Shown: piece by piece, positions 26,644 to 34,024 of the stretch
How positions within the stretch are numbered: the first letter of the stretch is position 1
Layout of the letters: every line of letters starts with the position of its first letter
Origin: Candidatus Aerophobota bacterium
GTDB taxonomy: Bacteria > Aerophobota > Aerophobia > Aerophobales > B3-G15
Length of the DNA: 34,024 nt
Assembly: GCA_021162265.1 (NCBI GenBank)
Contig: JAGGZA010000044.1
Coordinates: 1-34,024, forward strand
Direction: 5' to 3'
Notes under the pieces: generated by a model
What the model saw: the letters and a program-made list of their open reading frames with translations, nothing else
Databases searched by the model: none
What the model was told of the DNA's origin: nothing
Position numbers and translations under genes: made by a program

Positions 26644-27243
26644 CTAAAATATCCTCAGCCAGCTAAAAAGTCTCGTAATGAGACCGGGTCTTCTGGCTTC
26701 AGTTATAGGTCCTCTTCCTTCGTATCTTATATTAACCTGGGCTATATTCACTGAAGAAATAGTGTTATTTTCCCCTATATCCTGAGGACGAACAATCCCC
26801 TCAAGATATATAATCTGCTCTTCTTGATTTACTTTAACCTTTTTCTCTCCTCTTACTTTAAGATTGCCATTGGGAAGGACCTCAATAACTTCAACGGTAA
26901 GTTTAGCTAAAATACTTGCCTTGCGCTGAGTTGAGCCAGAACCCCCGTATCCTGAAGAATAATCCCACCCCAAAGAGGGAAGACTCGTAGAAAAGGAGGG
27001 AAGACTCGTAGAAGGAAGACTTACCTCACTATCAGTTTTACTTTTCCTGTCAAAGTCAGTTTTAGCAGTTTGAGAAGCTGTTGAAAATTCAGATATAATC
27101 ACAGTTAAAGTATCGCCCACCTTAGAGGCCCGGGGAGTAGTGAAGAGAGAAGTTACTGCTTCTACCTGTAAAGAGTTAGAGTTAACGATAAAAATCAGGA
27201 CAAAAAGTACAGATAAAACCTTTGCAAAGAGATATATTTTCAT
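26644..27243 (-). CDS. flgH: flagellar L-ring protein
   Basis: RASKVGDTLTV, VLPNGNL.VRGEK, GIVRPQDI...NTISS; ATG 27243 follows GAGGAG. Confidence 0.92.
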   Translation of the reverse strand: MKIYLFAKVLSVLFVLIFIVNSNSLQVEAVTSLFTTPRASKVGDTLTVIISEFSTASQTAKTDFDRKSKTDSEVSLPSTSLPSFSTSLPSLGWDYSSGYGGSGSTQRKASILAKLTVEVIEVLPNGNLKVRGEKKVKVNQEEQIIYLEGIVRPQDIGENNTISSVNIAQVNIRYEGRGPITEARRPGLITRLFSWLRIF

Positions 27244-27244
27244 T

Positions 27245-27874
27245 TTACCACTCCTCAACACCTATAGGATTTACTTTTACGGTAAAAGGGGCTATTATCT
27301 TTCCTTTTATTTTCTTAAAAGAAGAAACATTTATAACCTCTATTGTTTCTCCCTTTTTCCCTGACTCAAGGGCTCTTGCCTGGGTAACAACCCTCAAATT
27401 ACCCTCCTCTACCACAAGGCTGACAATATCTCCTCTCCTGACAAGATAACTTTCCTTTTCTCTTAAAGAGCTATCTTTTCCAGATAAATCTCTCTTACCT
27501 TGCTTGTCAGAAAGGGATAAATTCTCTCTGCTTACAAGAATCTCTTCATTCCCATATATACTGACCTGCTGTGGAGATATTCCATTTTGATAGAGACGTA
27601 CCAGAACATATGCCTTATTTAAAAATCGAGTTTTCCCGGGAAGAGGGGAAGAGCCAACCTTTATCTTCAGAAGTTTTCGCTTTAAATTCTCATCTGCTTT
27701 AACTTCTCTGGCTATCTCTCCAAGATAGATAAAATCACCTTTAACTTCAGCTTTATCCTTCAGAATTACCACTACCTTTTCCCTGCCCATAGCAGATAAA
27801 GGCAGATAGCTAAAAGCCAGTAAAACAAGGCACATAAGCGGCAAAAACTTAATTTTTATCATCTTTCGCCTCAT
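27245..27874 (-). CDS. flgA: P-ring assembly chaperone FlgA (compact form)
   Basis: Signal peptide; C-terminal LVRRGDIV...ARALESGKKGETIEVIN; between flgG and flgH. Confidence 0.85.
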   Translation of the reverse strand: MRRKMIKIKFLPLMCLVLLAFSYLPLSAMGREKVVVILKDKAEVKGDFIYLGEIAREVKADENLKRKLLKIKVGSSPLPGKTRFLNKAYVLVRLYQNGISPQQVSIYGNEEILVSRENLSLSDKQGKRDLSGKDSSLREKESYLVRRGDIVSLVVEEGNLRVVTQARALESGKKGETIEVINVSSFKKIKGKIIAPFTVKVNPIGVEEW

Positions 27875-27890
27875 CTACCTTTATCTACCT

Positions 27891-28679
27891 TTACCTTCGC
27901 AAATTGTTAGCTATTCTGAGCATTTCATCTGTGGTCTGGATAGCTTTAGAGTTAATTTCGTATGCTCTTTGAGCTATAATCATATTAGCCATCTCTTCTA
28001 CTACCTGAACGTTGGACATCTCCAGAAATCCCTGAGAAACAATGCCAAATCCATCAAGACCTGGAGTCCCTGTAATTGCCTCACCCGAAGCATCTGTTGG
28101 CTTGTAAAGATTGTATCCTATACTATCAAGACCTGCTGGATTTATGAACTTAGCAAGGACTATATTCCCCACTTCCTGAGGAGCGGTATTTCCCGGAAGC
28201 AAAACAGATACTGTTCCATCGTGGGAGATGGAAATATTGGTTGCTTCTGGAGGAATAACTATTTCTGGCTCAAGGGTAAGACCATTAGCAGTTACTATCC
28301 TGCCATCCTTATCCAGTTTAAAGGAGCCATCTCTTGTATAAGCTATACTCCCATCTGGCTGAAGCACCTGAAAGAAACCATCTCCTTCAATAACAAGATC
28401 AAGTGGATTCTGAGTCTCCGTCACCTCTCCCTGGGTAAATATTTTTCCAATAGCTACAGGCTGAACACCATGGCCAATCTGAATACCAATAGGAAGCTGT
28501 CCACCACCAGGAGCTTTACCTCCAGCCATAGTTATTGTCTGATAAAGAAGGTCCTGGAAATCAACCCGACTTTTCTTAAATCCTATTGTATTTACATTGG
28601 CAAGATTATTTGCTATCGTATCCACAAATAGCTGCTGCGCCTTCATACCTGCTGCTGCAGTCCATAGAGCTCTTAACAT
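27891..28679 (-). CDS. flgG: distal rod protein FlgG
   Basis: [52 protein letters not shown]. Confidence 0.96.
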   Translation of the reverse strand: MLRALWTAAAGMKAQQLFVDTIANNLANVNTIGFKKSRVDFQDLLYQTITMAGGKAPGGGQLPIGIQIGHGVQPVAIGKIFTQGEVTETQNPLDLVIEGDGFFQVLQPDGSIAYTRDGSFKLDKDGRIVTANGLTLEPEIVIPPEATNISISHDGTVSVLLPGNTAPQEVGNIVLAKFINPAGLDSIGYNLYKPTDASGEAITGTPGLDGFGIVSQGFLEMSNVQVVEEMANMIIAQRAYEINSKAIQTTDEMLRIANNLRR

Positions 28680-28691
28680 TTCCTTACCTCC

Positions 28692-29423
28692 TTAAATTCT
28701 TATTTGTAACTCGTTACAAACCTTTTCTAAGGTTGCATCCTGAAGTTTAGCTGCTCTTTGAGCAGCCTCATAAAGACGAAGGTTTGCTATAAGGCTTACC
28801 ATTTCCTTAACTATATCTACATTGGAAAGTTCAAGATATCCTTGCTTAATTAGATAACTACCCTGTATTGTTCCTTTAGAGCCTCTGGGTTCAAAAAGAT
28901 TTTCCCCCTTTTTATAAAGATAAAGAGAGGTATTCGGGAAAAACTCCACTCTTATTTTGTCTATTTTCTTTCCGTTAACTATCACCTCCCCTTGAGGATT
29001 AATATCCAGGTTAGAGACCTTCGGGGAGGGAATGGTTAAAATTCCTCTTTGCCCGAGTAAAAAATAACCATCTGGAGTTATCACCCTTCTCTTATTATCC
29101 AGACTAAAATTACCAGCTCTTGTATAAGCTATACCTTGAGGAGTAAGAAGTACGAAAAATCCCTTTCCCTTAATAGCTATATCCAGTACCCTCCCCGTAG
29201 ATTCAACCTCTCCCTGGCTAAAGTCGATAAAAGTATCTTCAACTTCTGATTGTCTTTGATCTCCCTGAAGTTCCCTTTGTAAAATAGTGGAAAAACTTCT
29301 ATAAACAGGAATATCCCTTTTGTACCCGGGTGTAGATACATTTGCAATATTATTGGTGATTACCCTTTGCGCCTGCATTACTGCAAGCATTCCTGAAGCT
29401 GCACTGAATAATCCTCTAACCAT
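28692..29423 (-). CDS. flgF: proximal rod protein FlgF
   Basis: MVRGLFSAASGM, NNIANVSTPGYK, YTRAGNF, LELSNVDIVKEM; ATG 29423 follows AAGGTG, downstream of the sigma54 promoter. Confidence 0.9.
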   Translation of the reverse strand: MVRGLFSAASGMLAVMQAQRVITNNIANVSTPGYKRDIPVYRSFSTILQRELQGDQRQSEVEDTFIDFSQGEVESTGRVLDIAIKGKGFFVLLTPQGIAYTRAGNFSLDNKRRVITPDGYFLLGQRGILTIPSPKVSNLDINPQGEVIVNGKKIDKIRVEFFPNTSLYLYKKGENLFEPRGSKGTIQGSYLIKQGYLELSNVDIVKEMVSLIANLRLYEAAQRAAKLQDATLEKVCNELQIRI

Positions 29424-29462
29424 CTTTCTCACCTTAAAATATTTTCTCACCACCTCTATTCT

Positions 29463-29478
29463 TGCAAAACATGTGCCA
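29463..29478 (-). promoter_or_regulatory. sigma54 promoter of the flgF operon
   Basis: Minus strand TGGCACATGTTTTGCA, near-perfect TGGCAC-N5-TTGCA. Confidence 0.9.
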
Positions 29479-29546
29479 AAAAATGAGAGATAAATAAAAT
29501 ATTAAATTTTATTAAAGGAAAGGGTTAAAAAGCACAATTTTTAACC

Positions 29547-29584
29547 TGAAGGTAGGAAAAATCTTCTTTGAAGGTAGGTAAAAT
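29547..29584. promoter_or_regulatory. tandem 16-bp direct repeat, candidate enhancer
   Basis: TGAAGGTAGGAAAAAT (29547) and TGAAGGTAGGTAAAAT (29569), period 22 bp, 70-105 bp upstream of the -24 box. Confidence 0.55.
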
Positions 29585-29588
29585 TTAA

Positions 29589-29885
29589 TTAGAGAATCTC
29601 ATTTATTAATTTTTTTAAAGTTTTTTCCAGAACCTCCTTGGAATCATATTCCCCAGCAGATAATTTCCTCTCTACTTCTTTTATTCTATCCTCCCTCACC
29701 TCGGGCATCTTTTTAATTATTTGAATATATTCGGAAATTTTCTTAGCTTCAACAGAAAGGTCCACTATATCTTTTCCCTGTTTCCCCGATAATTTCAAAA
29801 GATGTTTTCTTATCTTTTCCTTTGTTATCTGCTTAATATGAGTATTGGCAGAAGGAAAAGAGCCATCTATTTTTCTTGATTCCAT
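29589..29885 (-). CDS. flgM: anti-sigma28 factor FlgM
   Basis: DIVDLS.EAK...MPEVREDRIKEV...GEY. Confidence 0.85.
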   Translation of the reverse strand: MESRKIDGSFPSANTHIKQITKEKIRKHLLKLSGKQGKDIVDLSVEAKKISEYIQIIKKMPEVREDRIKEVERKLSAGEYDSKEVLEKTLKKLINEIL

Positions 29886-29902
29886 CTTATTACCCCCCTA
29901 TT

Positions 29903-30271
29903 TTAGTCTATCACTTCTTCAATTTTATCTTTTAAATCATTTAAAGAAAAAGGTTTGGTAACATAGCTTGTAGCTCCTGCCTCAAGCGCAGCCATAACCT
30001 CTTCCTGAGTATTTATAGTTGTCAGCATTATAACAGGAATTTTCTTATTTTTTTCTCTTAAAGCATGGAGAAACTGCAAACCATTCATCTCGGGCATATT
30101 CCAATCACATATAATAAGGTCTATCTTACCTTCATCGAGTTTTTTTAACCCCTCCATGCCATTTGTTGCCTCTATTATTTTATCATATCCCAGTTTGGTC
30201 AAGTGGTGTCTGGCTATTTTACGCATGGTTGTTGAATCGTCTACAATCATTATAGTAATTTCGCTATTCAT
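29903..30271 (-). CDS. cheY: CheY-like response regulator
   Basis: IMIVDDSTTMRKI, CDWNMPEMNGL, MLTT, YVTKPF; ATG 30271 follows AGGAGG. Confidence 0.85.
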   Translation of the reverse strand: MNSEITIMIVDDSTTMRKIARHHLTKLGYDKIIEATNGMEGLKKLDEGKIDLIICDWNMPEMNGLQFLHALREKNKKIPVIMLTTINTQEEVMAALEAGATSYVTKPFSLNDLKDKIEEVID

Positions 30272-31064
30272 CAGAAACAACCTCCTTTTGATTTAAAATC
30301 TCTCCTATGCTTTCTCTAAGCTCATCCAGTTGAAAGGGTTTGCTCAGATATTTTTTTATCCCCAGATCCTTAACTTTTTCGCTACCTTCTTTTTCACTTA
30401 CACTGCTCACAACTATTACAGGTATATTTTGACCGGACTCTTTTAAGGTTTGAAGAAACTCCACTCCATCCATCTGAGGCAAATTTAGCTCTGTAATAAT
30501 AAGATCTGGATTTTTAAATTCCACTGCTTCAAGGGCTTCGATTCCATTAGAGGAGGTTATTACATCCCAGTTCTTTCCTCCCAGGACCCCTTTATAAAAT
30601 TTCTGCACCCTTGGTTCACTATCAACACATAAAATCAATTTTCTCTTTTTGATTCCCTGATAACTTCCGGATAAAACATCCTCCACTAATTTTTTAAGCT
30701 CTTTCTTATCCACAGGCTTTCCCAGAAAACGGACTATACCCAGCAACTCTGCCTCTTTTCTTATCTCCTCCCGAGGATAGGCGGTAACCATTATCACTGG
30801 AAGCTCTTTTAGCTGGACAACGGATTGCATATCTTTTGTGAGCTTTCTTATATTTCTCAAAACTTCAAGTCCGCTCATATCAGGAAGCTCCACATCCAGA
30901 ATTAAAAGGTCAACATCTTTTTTCATTACTGTATCAAGAACCTCTCTTCCCTTCTCGACAAATATCAACTCATAATTCTTAGAGGTCAAAGTTTGTTTCA
31001 CAAATATCTGAAATAATTTAACATCATCGGCAACCAGTATAAATTTTTTCTCTTTTTTATCCAT
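30264..31064 (-). CDS. tandem dual-receiver protein
   Basis: REC1 ILVADD/LILDVELP/MVTA/GKP; REC2 LCVDSE/IITELNLP/VVSS/SKP. Confidence 0.9.
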   Translation of the reverse strand: MDKKEKKFILVADDVKLFQIFVKQTLTSKNYELIFVEKGREVLDTVMKKDVDLLILDVELPDMSGLEVLRNIRKLTKDMQSVVQLKELPVIMVTAYPREEIRKEAELLGIVRFLGKPVDKKELKKLVEDVLSGSYQGIKKRKLILCVDSEPRVQKFYKGVLGGKNWDVITSSNGIEALEAVEFKNPDLIITELNLPQMDGVEFLQTLKESGQNIPVIVVSSVSEKEGSEKVKDLGIKKYLSKPFQLDELRESIGEILNQKEVVSDE

Positions 31065-31126
31065 TGAAAAATAAATTGCAGGTTCTAAATTTAAGAATGC
31101 ATCTTAAAGAATGCCACTTGTTTTTA

Positions 31127-31154
31127 TTATCGGCAGATAGTTAATTTCCCTTTA
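31127..31154 (-). promoter_or_regulatory. sigma28 promoter of the REC-REC/cheY/flgM unit
   Basis: Minus strand TAAA-N16-GCCGATAA. Confidence 0.8.
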
Positions 31155-31202
31155 ATTTGAGGATAATCCGGCCCAAAGGTCTTTTAGAAAGAGATTAACA
31201 TA

Positions 31203-32453
31203 TCATTTTTTTATAAAAAAGTAAAGCTTTCCTGTGTTTTTAATTGAAGCTCTGGCTGAAGCGTCTTTCCCTTCTCCAAAGTAAATATCTACTTTCTCAG
31301 GACCTTTGATAATCCCTCCTGTATCCTGACAAAATACAAAACGAGCTATCTGTCCTGCCTGCTTAACCTTACCTTTGACATTAACCCGGGGATTTTGATA
31401 TTTAATGTAAGCTAAAGCTCCCAGGGGAAAAATTTTCTTATCTATGGCTATTGATATATAAGGGGTAAGCTCTCCTCCTGTAGCTCCTACAGCTTTTCTC
31501 CCTTGCTTATTTTTAACAAAAAAAGTAAACCTCTCATTTTGATTAAGGTATTTATCCATTTCTTCAGGATGACGTTGAAAGTATTTCTTGATGGACTCAA
31601 GAGAAAGCTTATCCCGGGATATTTTCCCATCTTTAACAAGCAATTTACCAACACTTGTGTAAGGTCTACCATTGGTCGCCGAATACCTCACCCAGAATTC
31701 CTCTCCATTATTTAAGATTATCTTTCCTGAACCTTCAATCATCAGATAGAATCTATCTATTTTGCTCTTTAAATATAAAAGCTCAAGGCCTTTTCCTTCC
31801 AAAACCTTTTTTTCCACAATATCCTTTGTGCTCCAGTAGGGAACTATTTCCTTCTTTAAGGGGTCTATTCTATAAACTATCTTTTCCCCTTTAAGCACAG
31901 GATTAAACCTGCCTAAATCAACTACCTTTAAATCTTCTGGCTTTAAGTAAATAGGATATTTGAAAGAGCCCTGCTTTTTAAAACTCCCCTCATATACAGG
32001 ACTGTAATATCCAGTAAAAATAATCCTCCCCTTTCCCTCTTTTCCAGCAGCCTGATAGACAACAAAGCGCTCTCTTACAAGTCTGTTAAACTCATCCTCG
32101 TCTTTTGCCTCTTTAATAGTTTTAAGTAAAAGTTCAGCAGAATCTTTCACCAGAGAAACTGCAAGCTTTTCTTTTCCGAAGGAAATTTTTTCTCCGGAGA
32201 CTATTTTTTCCTGTAAAAATTCTTTCTCTCTATGGAATGCCTTTTCAAGTTCTTTCAAATCGTTTTTTGGCAAAATAAACCTCGGAATTTTATCCTCCGG
32301 AATTTTCACCAGATACTCTTCAGGAAGCTTGACCGCAGTCTTTCTCCCAGGAATCATTACTAAAAAGTAATAAAGTATAAAAAACTCTGCCACAAGAACA
32401 AAAACCACAACTGAGAGAAGAAAAAATCTCCTTGAATTCATAACTTCCCTCAT
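31203..32453 (-). CDS. mltA: MltA-family lytic transglycosylase (MltA + 3D domain) with N-terminal TM anchor
   Basis: FTGYYSP, IEGSG, NGRPYTSVG, SIAID, QDTGG.IKG..KVDIYFG. Confidence 0.9.
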   Translation of the reverse strand: MREVMNSRRFFLLSVVVFVLVAEFFILYYFLVMIPGRKTAVKLPEEYLVKIPEDKIPRFILPKNDLKELEKAFHREKEFLQEKIVSGEKISFGKEKLAVSLVKDSAELLLKTIKEAKDEDEFNRLVRERFVVYQAAGKEGKGRIIFTGYYSPVYEGSFKKQGSFKYPIYLKPEDLKVVDLGRFNPVLKGEKIVYRIDPLKKEIVPYWSTKDIVEKKVLEGKGLELLYLKSKIDRFYLMIEGSGKIILNNGEEFWVRYSATNGRPYTSVGKLLVKDGKISRDKLSLESIKKYFQRHPEEMDKYLNQNERFTFFVKNKQGRKAVGATGGELTPYISIAIDKKIFPLGALAYIKYQNPRVNVKGKVKQAGQIARFVFCQDTGGIIKGPEKVDIYFGEGKDASARASIKNTGKLYFFIKK

Positions 32454-32580
32454 TAAAACTTTTCTCCTATGTGCATATTTTTATTTTAAAATAAACCTTT
32501 TAACCCTGCATTTTCTTTTTAATATAATAATAAAAATAGGAATGTTGTTAATTTTTGCTGCATTTTACAGGCAAGTAATT

Positions 32581-32609
32581 TTGACATTGCTTAATAACTC
32601 TGGTATTAT
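32581..32609 (+). promoter_or_regulatory. sigma70-type promoter
   Basis: TTGACA-N17-TATTAT with extended TG. Confidence 0.7.
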
Positions 32610-32694
32610 GTTACAGGTTGTGGGTTAATATTATTGGGAACCTTTTTAAACTATTGCCGGTAAATTAAAAAATAAATAGGGGAGAAAGTAAGAT

Positions 32695-33690
32695 ATGGAG
32701 TACCAAAATTTAGGAAAGACCGATATAAAAGTTTCACGAATCTGTCTTGGATGCTGGGCCTTTGGAGGAGATAGATTCTGGGGTCCACAGGAGGACTCTG
32801 AATCAATAAGGACAGTTCATGCTGCTCTTGATGCAGGTATTAATTTTTTTGATACAGCAGAGGTTTACAGTGAAGGACGATCAGAGGAAATCCTTGGCAA
32901 GGCACTCTCTGGTTTGCGAGATAAAGTTATAATAGGAACAAAGGTAAGCCCTCAACACCTTTCCCGAAAGGAACTTATTAAATCCTGCGAGCAAAGTCTT
33001 CGCCGGCTTAAGACCGATTGCATTGATGTGTACCATATACACTTTGCCAATCCTCATATTCCTGTAGATGAAACTCTTTCCTGTATGGAAGATTTAAAAA
33101 AGCAGGGGAAAATAAGAGTTATTGGAGTGTCAAATTTTGGAAGAAGAGATCTCCAGGAAGTCTTAAAATACGGTAGAGTGGAGGTCAACCAGCTCCCCTA
33201 TAATTTACTCTGGAGAGCAATTGAATATGAGATTATTCCTGTCTGTATTGAAAACAATATCTCCATTACCTGCTATAGCCCCTTAGCTCAGGGTCTTCTC
33301 ACAGGGAAATTTCACTCTCCTGATGAGGTACCGGATGGAAGAGCTCGAACAAGACATTTCTCAGGGAAAAGACCTCTCGCTCGCCATGGGGAGAAAGGTG
33401 CAGAAGACGAAACCTTCTCCACCATAGAAGAGATAAGAAAAATATCAGAGCAAACCAATATTCCAATGATTTACCTTGCTCTTGGCTGGCTATTAAGTAA
33501 AAAAGAGGTAAGCTGTGTTATAGTTGGAGCAAGGAATCCTGACCAACTTCACCAAAACATTAAGGCTATAGATGTTAAACTCTCCCCGGATATTGTTGAC
33601 AGGCTAACAAACATAACAGAAAAATTAAAACAGAAACTGGGTCCCAATGCGGATATGTGGGAGTCTCAACTGAAATCTCGTATACATTAA
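32695..33690 (+). CDS. aldo/keto reductase
   Basis: LGKTDIKVSRICLG, FFDTAEVY, IGTK, SLRRLKTDCID, IGVSNF, YSPLAQGLLTGK. Confidence 0.93.
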   Translation: MEYQNLGKTDIKVSRICLGCWAFGGDRFWGPQEDSESIRTVHAALDAGINFFDTAEVYSEGRSEEILGKALSGLRDKVIIGTKVSPQHLSRKELIKSCEQSLRRLKTDCIDVYHIHFANPHIPVDETLSCMEDLKKQGKIRVIGVSNFGRRDLQEVLKYGRVEVNQLPYNLLWRAIEYEIIPVCIENNISITCYSPLAQGLLTGKFHSPDEVPDGRARTRHFSGKRPLARHGEKGAEDETFSTIEEIRKISEQTNIPMIYLALGWLLSKKEVSCVIVGARNPDQLHQNIKAIDVKLSPDIVDRLTNITEKLKQKLGPNADMWESQLKSRIH

Positions 33691-34024
33691 AAAGAAGTTA
33701 CAACATTCATAATTTTTCAATTTTTAACTGACTTTCTTCTGGCGAGTGGATGCAGGACAAAGTTCTCAAGATAATCTAAGATTTATCCTCGCAGGATAAA
33801 AAATTATGGCTTTATCAGCGTCACAATGTGGTAGTTAAAAAAGGATAAGCTCTGGTATGAGAGATGCAAGACTTTATGCCAAGAAGATAATGCTTGGACC
33901 TTCTCCATGAAATTTTTACCACAGGTTCTGACTTAGAGCCTTTTATGTTGGCAAGACTGTTATTATTGAGTATCCATCTACAATCCATGCTCATAGACCT
34001 GCCATATCTCAGGTAAAGATTGCG

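Noticed and set aside
27969-28631. 220-aa plus-strand ORF
   Set aside because: Wholly antisense to the highly conserved flgG, with no recognisable motif; a shadow ORF
31093-31116. Possible sigma54 promoter (TGGCATTCTTTAAGATGC) and AAGAATGC repeat upstream of the dual-REC gene
   Set aside because: The GG-to-GC spacing is not 10 nt, and a good sigma28 promoter lies just upstream
33691-34024. Possible gene end or pseudogene at the right edge
   Set aside because: One minus-strand frame is open for about 67 codons from the edge, but no frame has a recognisable motif; it cannot be called without flanking sequence
1-34024. Mobile elements, tRNA/rRNA genes, or a firm taxonomic assignment
   Set aside because: No transposase, integrase or structural RNA signature was seen; taxonomy cannot be fixed without a search

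Overview
This AT-rich window is a flagellar assembly, flagellin-glycosylation and signalling supercluster from a diderm bacterium (it has L- and P-ring genes), almost all on the minus strand. Read in transcription order (right to left): mltA; a sigma28 unit (dual-receiver protein, cheY-like, flgM); a sigma54 unit (flgF-G-A-H-I-J-N-K-L); sigma28 fliC with a terminator, then a 1077-aa fliD, fliS, a hypothetical gene and a Maf glycosyltransferase; an inserted plus-strand coiled-coil repeat gene; a sigma28 nonulosonic (legionaminic-like) acid operon; a sigma28 HDOD / GAF-GAF-HD-GYP / sigma54-activator unit; and a sigma54 promoter driving a receiver protein, a small CxC protein and a membrane-anchored protein that runs off the window. 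A divergent aldo/keto reductase lies at the right end. The most unusual elements are a filament cap carrying four internal repeats plus a discoidin/CBM32-like domain, a MerR HTH fused to the first sugar-pathway enzyme, a sugar pathway with an ATP-grasp/HAD pair and no acetyltransferase, and an apparent sigma28 -> activator -> sigma54 cascade with readable enhancer sites. All calls come from motif recognition; no database searches were run.
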